This document shows, piece after piece, positions 40,634-52,102 of a DNA stretch of 64,000 bases. The notes beneath the pieces are model-generated. The model saw only the letters and a list, made by a program, of their open reading frames with translations, was not told the DNA's origin and made no database searches. Source of the DNA: a virus; the IMG/VR virus record IMGVR_UViG_3300042923_000524, positions 73,948 to 137,947 of that record; one strand, written 5' to 3'. The translations under genes and the position numbers were made by a program. How positions within the stretch are numbered: position 1 is the stretch's first letter; each line of letters begins with the position of its first letter.

Positions 40634-43029
40634 TTGGTCAGAAGTATAAATTTAGGAGGTATAACGATGATAGAATTATTTTGTTTAGAACATGACTGTG
40701 ACTTTAACATTAATGGTAAATGTGAAAGAGTAGATTTACAAGCTAGGTATGATGCTTCTATTGGTTCTGTTGTATTAGAAACAGAAAATTATGAGTTATG
40801 TTATAAAAGAGAGAAATAGAAAATAATTCATGGAGGGCAAACAAGATGCAATTAAAATGTATTTTTAGTATGAAAGGTATAGATATTACTCTTAATAAAA
40901 TCTATGAATTATTAGACGAAGATAATTTGAATTATTACATTTATGATGATATGAACGGATATAGGGCATTTAGTAAATTTATGTTTGAAAAGATTCAATG
41001 AAAACGATATTCTATCTAAATATGAAAGGAGATTAAATAATGGAACAAAATTATTTAGCAACATATAGAAATGGTGATAATTTTGAATATGCATGGTTTG
41101 GAACAGAAGAAGAGGCATTAGAATGGATAGATATAGAATCTCAAAAATATACAAATGTAGAAGTAGTGGAATTAAAAGTTGTAAATGTTCTATTTGAAAG
41201 AGACTAGCAAATGGTTATTCTAATGAAATTTAGAAAGGAATGTTTAATAATGAATAAATTTCAAAAATTTGTAAGTAGGAAAGCAAAGCAAATGATTCGT
41301 AATGAAAAAAATTCTCGTAGTTTTAGATACTATAGAAAAGAATGGAGATTTATAAAATCAGAAGTTCTTGATAGTCAAATTGATTTTGAAAAAACAAATA
41401 ATTTTAAAGAAAAACAATACTCTTATTTATCTGGTGAAACTGACCCACATTGATAAAATAACGACAAAATGCGAGATTGATAGGGAGTTGATAAATTGAA
41501 GGTAATTATAAAAACAGCATATAATGTAGACTTAAAATATATTTACTCTCATGTAAAACCATTGGTAGATAAAAATGTATTTATTAAACGTATTAGAGAT
41601 GAAGTAAGTCAATATGTAAAAGCCTGTTTAGACACTTCCACAAATGAAAATGGGAATGGATTAGAAGATAACATTATCTACTATCTAATTCAAGATGGAT
41701 ATGCTGAAGCTAAATCAGAACATGCTAAGTATTTAATTACTGAATGAATATTTTAGGAGGCGGTTTATATGAACAAATATATAGTAAGAATTACTCCATT
41801 ATATAAAGATACTTTAAATCAATTTGGAAATATAGTTTTTGAGTCAAAATTAATTAATAGTTTGGTGGGATTGGAATCTGAATTATCAATAAATGATATA
41901 TGGAATATTCCACATGTATTTAAAGTAGAAGAAGATGTTGAAGGAAAATTCGATTAAAATGTTAATAGTATATGTGTTTTGAGGTGATTTAATGAATGAA
42001 AAAGAAGAATGGATTATAGATTATTTAAAAAATAAGACCGCATTTAAATTTATAGATATGCTGGATGAAGATTTTGTTGAAGCATATATAGATGAATTTG
42101 AAGTTAAAAGCCAAAACATGACGTTAGGAGCTTCTAAGTGTAAGGAATTATCAAAGCTGCTTGGTAGTATGTATAAAAAAGGCTTATTGAATAGATTTCC
42201 TCATGGTGTGAGAAGTGGTTATAATCAAGATTATGCGAATTTTAAAGCACCTAAGTGGGTATATTCATATGAATTAATAAATTAAGACAAAATGTGGATT
42301 TGGAGAAAATATTGAAAGGAGTTATATATTATGGGTTCAGCACAACAAGACTTTAATAAGTTTATAGAATATAAAAGAAAGTTTAGAAATAAAGTAATAA
42401 TTAAATCTGTTATCGGTATTATTTTTGTGACATTTATTATATATAAAGTATTATTAATATAATTCCAATAAAAGGTGAAATTGATTGGGAGTTGGTAATA
42501 AAATGAAAAATAAATTAATTGGTAAAAAAGTAGATATAATCGACAAAGAATCAATATATTATAAACATTGGGGTTTTATAAGAGGTTTTGATGGAGATGT
42601 TTATCATATAAATGGTGGTTCTATATCTTTAAATAATGGTGACTTAACTCCCATATTTGATAGAAATCAATTTTCAGTTAGAAGAAGGCAAGAAGGAGAC
42701 AATAATGAAGTGTAATAACTGTACATGTAAGAAATGTAAAAATTACGAATGTGAATATCATTGTAAGGATATGACTGATTTAGAGAAACAAATATGTGAT
42801 ATGGATGTATCTGGAGAATGTGATTGTTTTAAAGGAGAAAAAGATGTTAGAAAAAGTTAATCAAAACAAAGAATTAAACAAATATGTAACTATAGTTTGT
42901 CAAGATAAGATTGGTGATAATTTCTTAGAAGCCACTGTCAAAGTTAATGCCACAATAATAATTGATAATGATGACATTAAAGATTTCTCTAAAGAGATAA
43001 GAAGATTAATACTTGGATATAAAGTTTAA
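40634..43029 (+). other. cluster of small co-oriented hypothetical ORFs (40634, 41211, 41496, 41769, 41992, 42485, 42657, 42796)
   Basis: ORF track, RBSs, separated by short conserved intergenic elements. Confidence 0.6.
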
Positions 43030-43587
43030 ATAAAACGAATATTTGATTAGGAGTTGAGAATATGGGATTAAAAGCAATACCAAATGTTTATAGTTATAGA
43101 TGTGATGAGTGTAATACAGGTTCAGACCCAGTTCAAGAATATGAATCAATTAAAGAATGCCTAGAAGATTTAAAAAGTGCAGGATGGAAGGGAAATTATA
43201 AAAAACTCCTGTGTCCTGAGTGTGCAAATAAATCTAAATAAAATGAATGTTTGGAGGTAATAAGAATGTCATATTATGATTATTTAGATGATTATAGATT
43301 TATGCATCCAGAAGAATTTGATGATGCAGAAGAAAATGAAAAGAGAGCATTAAAAGAAGCTGAAGTGATAGCCAAGATTTTAAACAATATGTCCTCAAAA
43401 TCATAGTTTGCTTTAAATATTTAATAAAAAATATAAAACTAAACACAAACTAATTTTCAGAATACACCAACAAAAGAAAAACATTACCTTAGTTTCCATA
43501 AATAACTTGCGAAAATATATAATAGCACTTATAATAAAATATACGAACATGCGTTCGATAAACAACCAAATAGTAATTATCTGAATA

Positions 43588-43626
43588 TTCGACAAAATAG
43601 GAAAAACTAACCAATAATATGTCGAA
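43588..43626. promoter_or_regulatory. two Spo0A (0A) box matches upstream of the agr-like cassette
   Basis: TTCGACA 43588-43594 and TGTCGAA 43620-43626. Confidence 0.55.
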
Positions 43627-43711
43627 ACATGTAGTAATTATCCACTGTAAACCTTTACATAATAATGTTATTATTAATGTAATAGATAATTAAATATCAA
43701 GGGGTGATATA

Positions 43712-44560
43712 GTGGATACAATGAGTGTTAGAGATATTTGGTTAGTAGCAATACCAGAGATTAGTTTATCCATATTATTTGGTCTTTTACTTATAAATAA
43801 GCAAATATTCAAAAAGAAAAATAGGTCTTTAGTCGGGGTATTGAGATTTATAGTATCTGTTATAATGGTATTAGTAATAAATTATTACTCAAGAGCAACG
43901 GTAAATAATGTTGTTTTAATTATATATTGCACTACAGTTGCATATTCTTTAACTTTTAGTTTGGTTTGGAGAAATAATTTAAGGCAGAGTTTATTAGTTG
44001 GATTATTAATAACTTATTTAATTATGGGAGCAGAGTTTATAACATTACCACTTATGAGTTTATTAATTAACAAATTTCAAGCATTATCAATTTTTAGCAT
44101 TAGATTTTTATTATCAATACCCTCAAGAGTTATAGATGCGGTGGCTATTAGTGGACTTATGATATATGATATGTCAATACAAAGTAAATTGTTTGATAAG
44201 AATTGGAGCTTATTAAAAGTTCAAGAGAAAATAACGACAACAGCTATATTAATACTTTTTACAATGATTGTAACAATAGCTGCAAATAATTCAGACATGT
44301 TTGTAAAATTAAATCAAAATGGAATTGATACTTCATTTATTAATAATAATTTACAGAGTTCTTTCTATGGCGTAATCTTCTTTATGATAGTTTCTGTAGT
44401 ATTCTTTTATACAATAATTAAGTATTGTGAATATAGAGATATAGCACTAAAAACACCAAGGGAACTATTTACGGATATTGCAGAAATTTCATCTCCTGAA
44501 AAAATAAATGATTATATAGATATTTTACAAAAGCATTTATCAGAAAAGGAGGTGAAATAA
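43712..44560 (+). CDS. AgrC-like multi-pass membrane sensor lacking the histidine-kinase domain
   Basis: about 7 TM segments, only a short cytoplasmic tail, no H-box/HATPase; first gene of agrD/agrB operon. Confidence 0.6.
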   Translation: MDTMSVRDIWLVAIPEISLSILFGLLLINKQIFKKKNRSLVGVLRFIVSVIMVLVINYYSRATVNNVVLIIYCTTVAYSLTFSLVWRNNLRQSLLVGLLITYLIMGAEFITLPLMSLLINKFQALSIFSIRFLLSIPSRVIDAVAISGLMIYDMSIQSKLFDKNWSLLKVQEKITTTAILILFTMIVTIAANNSDMFVKLNQNGIDTSFINNNLQSSFYGVIFFMIVSVVFFYTIIKYCEYRDIALKTPRELFTDIAEISSPEKINDYIDILQKHLSEKEVK

Positions 44561-44680
44561 ATGAAGAAAATTTTATCTATATTAACTATGGGTATTATAA
44601 TAGTTGGAAGTTTAGTAACTCAAACATTTGCTTGTGGAGCAATATTAGGAGAAGATTCAATTCCAGATTCACTAAAGTAG
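44561..44680 (+). CDS. agrD: AgrD-like cyclic thiolactone autoinducer precursor (not in ORF track)
   Basis: MKKILSILTMGIIIVGSLVTQTFA-CGAIL-GEDSIPDSLK; AGGAGG RBS. Confidence 0.8.
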   Translation: MKKILSILTMGIIIVGSLVTQTFACGAILGEDSIPDSLK

Positions 44681-44717
44681 AAAGAAGGGGTGTATCCCCT
44701 TCTAAAATCCAAATGAG

Positions 44718-45035
44718 GTGGTTTCTATTGATGATACGAGAAGGTTAAAAACAAATGAATTACTTAACACATTGGATTGTACTATAAAAGATAAAATTAA
44801 ACTCAAAGAGATTTTGAGGTCTCTTGATAATGAAGATGTTGAAACTGGTAGTATATATGAATTAATAAGTCAAAAAACACATAAAGACCAATCAACCATA
44901 AAGAAATTTATGGCAAAGATTACAGGTCGATTAGATAATAAATTATTAAGGAAATTAGGTATTAAAAATAAACCAAAAGGAAAAGAGTTTTTAATACATC
45001 TGTACAGGACAATAAATGAAAATGAGGATACATAA
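44718..45035 (+). CDS. Spo0A C-terminal DNA-binding domain-like protein
   Basis: SIYELISQKTHKDQSTIKK...KPKGKEFLIHL parallels Spo0A LYP.IA...T.SRVER...KPTNSEFIA. Confidence 0.55.
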   Translation: MVSIDDTRRLKTNELLNTLDCTIKDKIKLKEILRSLDNEDVETGSIYELISQKTHKDQSTIKKFMAKITGRLDNKLLRKLGIKNKPKGKEFLIHLYRTINENEDT

Positions 45036-45037
45036 AA

Positions 45038-45598
45038 TTGATTGATAAAATAGCAACATGGATAGGCAAAATACTTTCTGATTATACAGGATTAAATGAA
45101 GTTAAGCAGATAGAATTGATATATTTTCTGAAGAGAATAATTAAAAATTTGATATTCTATATAATCACATTTAATATAGCAATTTTACTAAATATATTTA
45201 ACCCTGTATTAATACTATTACTAAGTTATCATTGTGTAAGATTGAGGTTTGGAGGAATACATTTAAAGAATCAGACATTATGTTTAATAATAAGTATAAT
45301 TGCTCCTTTGGGATTAGGATACATAGCATCTAATTATAAATTCAATTTACTTTTTATGGTAATATTATATGCCGTAATGATTTTATACGCAAATTACATA
45401 GACGTGATAGATAATATTAATAGACCCCTGACAGTTGATAAGAAGCTTAAATTTAAAAAACAAGGCTTAATAACTATGACAATATTATTTGTACTAAATA
45501 TTATAATATATATACTTGATTTCGTATTAATAAGCAATAGTATCCTAATGGGAGTCTTACTAGGAGTGATATTACTTATAAGGTTTCCAATAAAATAA
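45038..45598 (+). CDS. agrB: AgrB peptide-processing membrane endopeptidase
   Basis: VRLRFGGIHLKNQTLC (His/Cys) and NINRPL motifs. Confidence 0.88.
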   Translation: MIDKIATWIGKILSDYTGLNEVKQIELIYFLKRIIKNLIFYIITFNIAILLNIFNPVLILLLSYHCVRLRFGGIHLKNQTLCLIISIIAPLGLGYIASNYKFNLLFMVILYAVMILYANYIDVIDNINRPLTVDKKLKFKKQGLITMTILFVLNIIIYILDFVLISNSILMGVLLGVILLIRFPIK

Positions 45599-45606
45599 AA
45601 GAATGA

Positions 45607-45684
45607 GAAAAACAAAAGCCAGAGTTTCCTCTGACTTCCGTAGCAATAAGTGTGTCTTTTGCCGAGTTCACGACTTATGCCTAT
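45607..45684 (-). ncRNA. putative small RNA convergent with agrB
   Basis: minus-strand TTGTAT-17-TATACT promoter (45718-45690); gtcagag-GAAA-ctctggc plus T-tract terminator. Confidence 0.5.
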
Positions 45685-45761
45685 AGATAAGTATAATGTT
45701 TTTCTCTTCTAAATACAACATAAATTTTTACAAATAATTTAAATGTAAAGGAGAGAAAGGA

Positions 45762-46349
45762 ATGAAAAGAAATGCTAATTTAGTTTACAAGGAAATGATG
45801 TTAGAGGTTAATAAGTTTATTAACGAAATGGGATTGGATTGCGAAATATTAGGTCTTAAAACTAACCAAGATAAGATGTTATACTACTGGAATTACATAG
45901 ACCAAAAAAATGTTTTTAAAGGCATCCTAGAGCTTCCAAATATATATTTTATTAAACTAGCAAACTTATTGTGTAATACCACTGAAAGAATGATAGAATT
46001 TCAAGAGAAGTTTTATAATCCTGATGGAAATGTTGCTAATCAACTTAGAGAATATAGAAGGTATTTACTAGATATTAGAGATGATAATGCTATGTCATTG
46101 TATAAAGTGTTAAAAATAGTTATAGATAATAGATGTTGGAGCAATTTAGATACAGTATTAATGGAATTATATCTTGAGCCGATAGACAAATGGATATGTG
46201 ATGAGATAATAGATTTGATACATAATGAGAATCTTACGGCAGAAGATATATACTTGTGGTATAAGAGAGGAAAGAATGTTAAGAGTTTAATCAGTTTCGA
46301 TATTGATTATATAAAGTTGTCAAATAAACAGTTTGTAGAAGAAATATAA
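45762..46349 (+). CDS. hypothetical protein
   Basis: 195-aa ORF, RBS. Confidence 0.7.
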   Translation: MKRNANLVYKEMMLEVNKFINEMGLDCEILGLKTNQDKMLYYWNYIDQKNVFKGILELPNIYFIKLANLLCNTTERMIEFQEKFYNPDGNVANQLREYRRYLLDIRDDNAMSLYKVLKIVIDNRCWSNLDTVLMELYLEPIDKWICDEIIDLIHNENLTAEDIYLWYKRGKNVKSLISFDIDYIKLSNKQFVEEI

Positions 46350-46556
46350 AAGTTTATCATTATTGGATTAATGCTATGCGGAGATTTAGCAATCCTTACA
46401 ATTTATCTAAACAAGTGGAGAAGTCTGCTTGTTTAAAACTTTATTAAAAACAAATATAAAATTACTATTGACAAATGAATTAGTGGTAGTATAATAAATT
46501 ATAGGAGATGAAATAAATGGCAGTTCCACCACAGTACTAAAATAAATTGACGGAGG

Positions 46557-47273
46557 TTGTTGCAGATGAAGAATTATAAGATGGTAGATAGGTATAAATT
46601 ATACGAGAATTTACTTGGAATTATAATGATAGGTGTTATATTGTTTGCTCATGTTAATAATTTAAATAATATTAATAAAAATGAATATAAAACTAAAACA
46701 AACATATACATATTATCAGAAGAACAAGAAGTATTTATTAAAGAATGGAGTGGTATTCCTAGGGAATTGAGAGAGTGGATGGATGGGTATGAGGAAGAAA
46801 AGTTTCAACCAATGGAAATTCCTTTAAGTTTGGAACTTCAGGAATATACATATGAGATGTGTAAGAAGTACAATGTTGATTATATATTCGCAATGAGTAT
46901 TATGAGGACTGAAAGCAGTTTTAATATTAAAGCTAAATGTAAAAACAATACAGATAATTATTACAGTAGGGGACTTATGCAACTAAACGAAAGATATATA
47001 TCTGAATTCGTAGAACTTACAGGAATAAAGGATTTTAATATAAATAATCCACTACATAATATTGAAGGTGGCGTTGCAAAATTAGCTAATTTAAATAGAT
47101 TTTGGGATAAATATGAATTAGCAGAAGAAGATAATTGGTATGCTGTCACCAATAGCTATAATTTAGGGCTTAATAAATATAAAAAACAAGTAATAAGTAG
47201 GGGTAATTTCTTCAGTAGGGAGTATGACAGAAAGGTAATGAAAAATAAAGAAAAATTAGAAGGAGGAATATAA
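46557..47273 (+). CDS. membrane-anchored SLT lytic transglycosylase
   Basis: IMRTESSFN, GLMQL, AVTNSYNLG. Confidence 0.85.
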   Translation: MLQMKNYKMVDRYKLYENLLGIIMIGVILFAHVNNLNNINKNEYKTKTNIYILSEEQEVFIKEWSGIPRELREWMDGYEEEKFQPMEIPLSLELQEYTYEMCKKYNVDYIFAMSIMRTESSFNIKAKCKNNTDNYYSRGLMQLNERYISEFVELTGIKDFNINNPLHNIEGGVAKLANLNRFWDKYELAEEDNWYAVTNSYNLGLNKYKKQVISRGNFFSREYDRKVMKNKEKLEGGI

Positions 47274-47849
47274 TTGAAACAAATTTATTTAATCTCAGGG
47301 CATGCTCAAAACGGCAAAGATGAAACAGCAGACATTATAATTAAACATCTTGAAGGTAAATGTACAAAAGTATCATTAGCAAGAGATTTAAAAGCTATAT
47401 GTCAAGAGTATCTTGGATGGGATGGAAGTAAAAATGAATTAGGTAGAGAAATCTTACAAAAAACAGGCACAGAAAAAATAAGACAAAAACTTGGATGGGA
47501 AGTATTTCATGCGCATCGAGTTTATGAAACAATTAAGATTATAGAAGATGCTTATGATTACATATTTGTACCTGATACGAGATTTAAAAATGAAGTATTT
47601 TATTTACAAGCAATGTTCCCTAGTAAGGTTACAACAATAAGGGCAGAGAGATTGAATTTTAAGAGTCCTTTAACTAAAGAGCAACAATTACATGTAAGTG
47701 AAACGGATTTAGATAACTTTAAGTTCGACTACATAATTAGAAGCAAAAGTGGATTAGATAATCTTGAAAAAGAAGTGTTAAAAACTATTTTTGGCATAAA
47801 CGATAAAGCGTCTGATATGGAAGAATGGTTTAAGCAATATAGTTCGTAA
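47274..47849 (+). CDS. deoxynucleoside monophosphate kinase-like P-loop protein
   Basis: LISGHAQNGKD, RELQKTGTE-like helix, VPDTRFKNE, HVSET. Confidence 0.75.
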   Translation: MKQIYLISGHAQNGKDETADIIIKHLEGKCTKVSLARDLKAICQEYLGWDGSKNELGREILQKTGTEKIRQKLGWEVFHAHRVYETIKIIEDAYDYIFVPDTRFKNEVFYLQAMFPSKVTTIRAERLNFKSPLTKEQQLHVSETDLDNFKFDYIIRSKSGLDNLEKEVLKTIFGINDKASDMEEWFKQYSS

Positions 47850-48096
47850 AGGAGGAATAAATATGGAAAGGTTTTTAATTAAGTTAACAGATTTATTAAA
47901 TAATGATTTTACAAAATTACCTTGTAGTGATAGTTGTAAAGATTGTAAATTAAATATAAAACTTGATGATGAAAACTATAATGGTTATACAATTTGTGAT
48001 ATACTTACTGATTTACAAGATGTATTAAGTAAAATATAACTGACCACAAAAGAACAATTTGGTCGGGAAATAATATAAAAATAAGGAGATAATTTA

Positions 48097-48645
48097 ATGC
48101 AAAAATATTTTTTAGCAACAAAAGATAGTGAATTTGCAAAAGAAATGACTAAATACATAGAAATGTATGAACAACAAAGGGTGTTTGTAAAACAATTTTT
48201 TAAAGATAATGAAATAGAAGGAACTCAATATATTGTATCTGGAGATGGTTGGGTTAATAAACCTTTTGAGGAATGGAATAAGAATAAAATTACACTTAAT
48301 ATCAACCCCACAGAAAAAGATAATCAAAAATTCGGAAGTATGTTGACTAAACCTAAACATCATGGATTGTGTGCATTTAAAAAAGGTTCAAAAATTGCAA
48401 AAGAATTTTCAGATTTATGCTTCAAAGAAAAGATTGTGGTGAATCTATATCAGCCTAGTTTAAGAGATTATTTTCAATCAATTGGATACTCAGCATATAC
48501 ATCACATTTACTTGATAATGAAGACAATAGTTTTTATTTAAAAGTAGAGAGTAAGAATCTAAAAGAAGATGATATACCTGAATATATGACAGAAATAAAA
48601 GCAAGTGATTTTTATAAAATATTAGAAGAAAGAAAAGAAATATAA
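48097..48645 (+). CDS. hypothetical protein
   Basis: 182-aa ORF, RBS. Confidence 0.7.
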   Translation: MQKYFLATKDSEFAKEMTKYIEMYEQQRVFVKQFFKDNEIEGTQYIVSGDGWVNKPFEEWNKNKITLNINPTEKDNQKFGSMLTKPKHHGLCAFKKGSKIAKEFSDLCFKEKIVVNLYQPSLRDYFQSIGYSAYTSHLLDNEDNSFYLKVESKNLKEDDIPEYMTEIKASDFYKILEERKEI

Positions 48646-48930
48646 GACAATAAAACGATGATTTGGTTGAAAGAGAGGTTTGGGTATGTATGTAATATAT
48701 AAAGTTTCCGTAGATAAAACTTATTATATTGACGATATTGATACAAAGATTGAAGTTAAACTCATTGAAAGTTATGATAATCAATCTGAAGCTGCAAGAT
48801 TGTGTAGCATATTAAGTAAAGAAAATAAGGATGAAAGAGTAAAATATAAATATGGATATTTAAAAGATAAAAATTAAAACTACTCAAAATGCTTATTTAG
48901 AGGTAACTTAAAAATAGAAAGGAGAATTAA

Positions 48931-49599
48931 ATGATAGCGTTAATAAATTTTACAAAAGACCTGTTTATTCCAAGACAGGATGCAACAAACTTAAATTTAC
49001 AGTACGAAGAAGTAGGAAAGATTGGAGTAAATTATCAAAGTAATATTGAAAGAATGACAACTAGTTATTACTATTATAAAGATGAATTAATCAAAAATGA
49101 AGAGGACGGAAGATATTACAAAGATGATAAAAAGATTGACAATTATTATGTGTATGACAGAGTAAAAGATGGTATAGATTATGTGTATGTTAAAAGTGAA
49201 AATCATATTGTAGATTTACTGGAGTTTGCTCCTAAATGTAATTATTCATATTCAATACAAAAGTGTATAAAATCTAAAGAGCCTACAGTACAAAATATAC
49301 AATCATTATTAAGCATTATAGAAGAAAAAACAGAAGCAATAAATAAAACTATTGATATAATGAGCAATCAAACATTTAATCAGAAATGTAATGTTCATGT
49401 AGGTGGAGGGTTAATTGCTACTTATAATGATTTAATGCTAAAAGAAGATTCTTGTACCGATGCATTACAATCTGAACTAAATAATGGTTGGAGAATAATT
49501 GCAGTATGTGTGCAACCAGACCAAAGAAGACCTGATTATGTGTTAGGTAGATATAACCCTGAGTTAGATACATATAGAAAAAATAGTGCGGAGAGATAA
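48931..49599 (+). CDS. hypothetical phage protein
   Basis: C-terminal DSCTDALQSELNNGWRIIAVCVQPDQRRPDYVLGR. Confidence 0.7.
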   Translation: MIALINFTKDLFIPRQDATNLNLQYEEVGKIGVNYQSNIERMTTSYYYYKDELIKNEEDGRYYKDDKKIDNYYVYDRVKDGIDYVYVKSENHIVDLLEFAPKCNYSYSIQKCIKSKEPTVQNIQSLLSIIEEKTEAINKTIDIMSNQTFNQKCNVHVGGGLIATYNDLMLKEDSCTDALQSELNNGWRIIAVCVQPDQRRPDYVLGRYNPELDTYRKNSAER

Positions 49600-49698
49600 G
49601 ATGTCGATAGAAAGATAATACCATTGAAATATTTTAGTCATAAATTAGAAACTAATACATAGCATATATTAATTAATATAAAATTATAAATAAGGAGG

Positions 49699-50160
49699 TT
49701 GAATAAAATGATAGAAATTTTAGGTGCAGAATTAGACATAGCATTTGAAGAACTTAAAATGAATGTACTAAAGACATATGAAATAATAAACAAACCTTGG
49801 GATTACTGTGAAACATATCAAGTATGGGAACTTTCTGAAGAAGATTTTGAAAAGATTTGTAGCATACCAGACAACGAATGGAAAGACAATTGGGGTTGGT
49901 GGAGATATGCAAAAGGTTCAAATCTAGGAAGTGTAGGTCATAGGTATAATATAAATGGTCATTACATTTCTGCGTGGGATGGTTATAAAAGAGAAAATAC
50001 AAAAGATTATCCTTGGAATAGGGAATATAAAACCCTCCTACAATATTTCTGCAATGAAATTGGTGTATCAACTGAAAAGAATGTTTGTGCTGTAGCTGTT
50101 GATTTAGCAGAGCAGAATGGAATTACAATGGCTGAATTGTTTAAGAAATATCAAGGCTAG
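49699..50160 (+). CDS. hypothetical phage protein
   Basis: WGWWRYAKGSN motif; RBS. Confidence 0.7.
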   Translation: MNKMIEILGAELDIAFEELKMNVLKTYEIINKPWDYCETYQVWELSEEDFEKICSIPDNEWKDNWGWWRYAKGSNLGSVGHRYNINGHYISAWDGYKRENTKDYPWNREYKTLLQYFCNEIGVSTEKNVCAVAVDLAEQNGITMAELFKKYQG

Positions 50161-50233
50161 TGGGGAGCAATCCCCTGATACATAGTTTCAACATAATAGG
50201 TATTTTATAGGAATTTTAAAAAAGGAGATAAAT

Positions 50234-51071
50234 ATGGAAAGAAAAATTAAACTATCAAAGGGTGAAATAGAATCATTTTTTATAAAAGGTCAAAGAAATC
50301 CTTGTAATTGTGGCTCAAATTGTTTTCATAAGGAGAATGATGAATTAATAACACTTGGAGTTTGTAATGCTTGCGGTGAAGATATATATGAATATGAAGA
50401 GCGAGAAGAATTTGACGAGTGGAAATATAAAAAGTAAACTGTCTTCAAAAGGCAGATTTGGAGGAAAAATATGAATGGTTTTAATTTAGTAAAAAAGATA
50501 ATAGATGAATTAAAAGAAGAGGATATGCCAAGATTCATGAATGAGTTAGGATGCCCGAATTATTTCAGGTTAGAACAAGTTTCTGATGATGAATGCAATA
50601 ATTCACCTTGTATAGAATGTTGGAAACAGGCATTAAACAAAGAGTATGAAGTTTAAATAAAAGACAGGTTTTAAAGACAAATTGAAAGGAGGATTTTTTA
50701 TGAATAATACTATCACAATTACACAAAAGGAATACAATGAATTACTAGAATCACAACGGTCTTTAGAAGCATTACAATGTGCAGGTGTAGACAATTGGTC
50801 AGGATATTGCGAGGCACAAGAGATTTTTAATAGTGAAGATTAAATCACATCATAACAATTAATTGGAGGTAATAAAAAGATGGAAAATAAAGAAATAGCA
50901 AAAAGAATAAGTGAAATGGTATGGAAAAATTATGAAGATAATGACATATTTGCAGTACAATTATTTGTAGAAAAAATTTGTTTACCTGAAGGAGTTCAAA
51001 GTTATACTCAAGAAGACCTAGAGGAATATATATTAAAAATAGCAAATAATAATTTTATTACAGAAATTTAA
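50234..51071 (+). other. cluster of small hypothetical ORFs (50234, 50471, about 50700, 50880)
   Basis: ORF track, RBSs. Confidence 0.55.
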
Positions 51072-51099
51072 ATTAAAATAAAAAAGGAGATATATAAAA

Positions 51100-51399
51100 A
51101 TGAAAAAAGCAATAACAATAATCCTAGTAATAACCATTATCCTAACATCATTAATCCTAACATCATGTTCGCAACAATCTCTTAACGATGAATATCAAGC
51201 AACGATACAATCAATAGACGGCAATAAGGTAACTGCTTCAGTAGGCAATATAACTAAAACAATATACATAAACGAAGATAATATGACTTTAGGAGCAATC
51301 GGCAAATATGAGTTTCTTAAAATCAAAGCTGGAGATATAGTAAGTATTAAGGTTTCTGAAGGTAGAATTGTAGATGTTAATTTAGTAAAACAGAAGTAA
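51100..51399 (+). CDS. putative lipoprotein
   Basis: signal peptide with LTSC lipobox. Confidence 0.7.
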   Translation: MKKAITIILVITIILTSLILTSCSQQSLNDEYQATIQSIDGNKVTASVGNITKTIYINEDNMTLGAIGKYEFLKIKAGDIVSIKVSEGRIVDVNLVKQK

Positions 51400-51431
51400 A
51401 TAATAAATATTTAATAACTAATATAAAATTT

Positions 51432-51908
51432 ATGGAGGTAAACATACATATGGCTAGACAACCAAAAGCAGAAATAAATAAGGGTAGTAAAAAGAATACA
51501 ACAACTAAAGTAGTTACAACTGAAACTAAAAAATCAAGAGGCAGGGAGAAAGGATTTACTGTTGAGCCTACTGTGGCTATTATAAATATTACCGACACAC
51601 CATATAGAATTGATGAGTCAGATGGTCGCAATAAAATTATTCAGAAGTTGATTACTAAAGTAAGAACAAAAGAAGAAAAAGATGATGAATTCAATAAAGG
51701 TGTTAAAGTAGGGGAAGAGTACACAAGATATGTGAACGTATTAAAATGTTACCGTTCAGACTATAAATCGGCTTTCTATAGACTTCACGAAGTAATGGTT
51801 GAAGATGAAATAGAAAAGAGAAAAATAGTTTCATTAGAAGAATTCTTAAAAATTTATAGAGAAATGAATGTCTTGTTGGATAAAACATTTCCTGTGAAGG
51901 CTGAATAG
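51432..51908 (+). CDS. hypothetical protein
   Basis: likely start MARQPK. Confidence 0.65.
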   Translation: MEVNIHMARQPKAEINKGSKKNTTTKVVTTETKKSRGREKGFTVEPTVAIINITDTPYRIDESDGRNKIIQKLITKVRTKEEKDDEFNKGVKVGEEYTRYVNVLKCYRSDYKSAFYRLHEVMVEDEIEKRKIVSLEEFLKIYREMNVLLDKTFPVKAE

Positions 51909-51920
51909 GAGGTAGGTTTT

Positions 51921-52100
51921 ATGACATATGAATACTACTGTCCTTATTGTAAAACTTACTCCGAAGTTACTTGTAAGGTAAGTGAATATGAAGAAGAAAT
52001 TCAATGTGGTTGCGGAGGTTCTGCTAAAAGAAATTACTCTCCTACAAGAACAATTTATAAAACCACAGGATTTTTTACTACAGATAGGGATGATAAATAA
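51921..52100 (+). CDS. FmdB-family zinc-ribbon protein (not in ORF track)
   Basis: MTYEYYCPYC...QCGCGG...YKTTGFFTTD. Confidence 0.75.
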   Translation: MTYEYYCPYCKTYSEVTCKVSEYEEEIQCGCGGSAKRNYSPTRTIYKTTGFFTTDRDDK

Positions 52101-52102
52101 TT

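Noticed and set aside
45603-45686. 27-codon plus-strand ORF after agrB
   Set aside because: No RBS; the minus-strand promoter and terminator explain the sequence better
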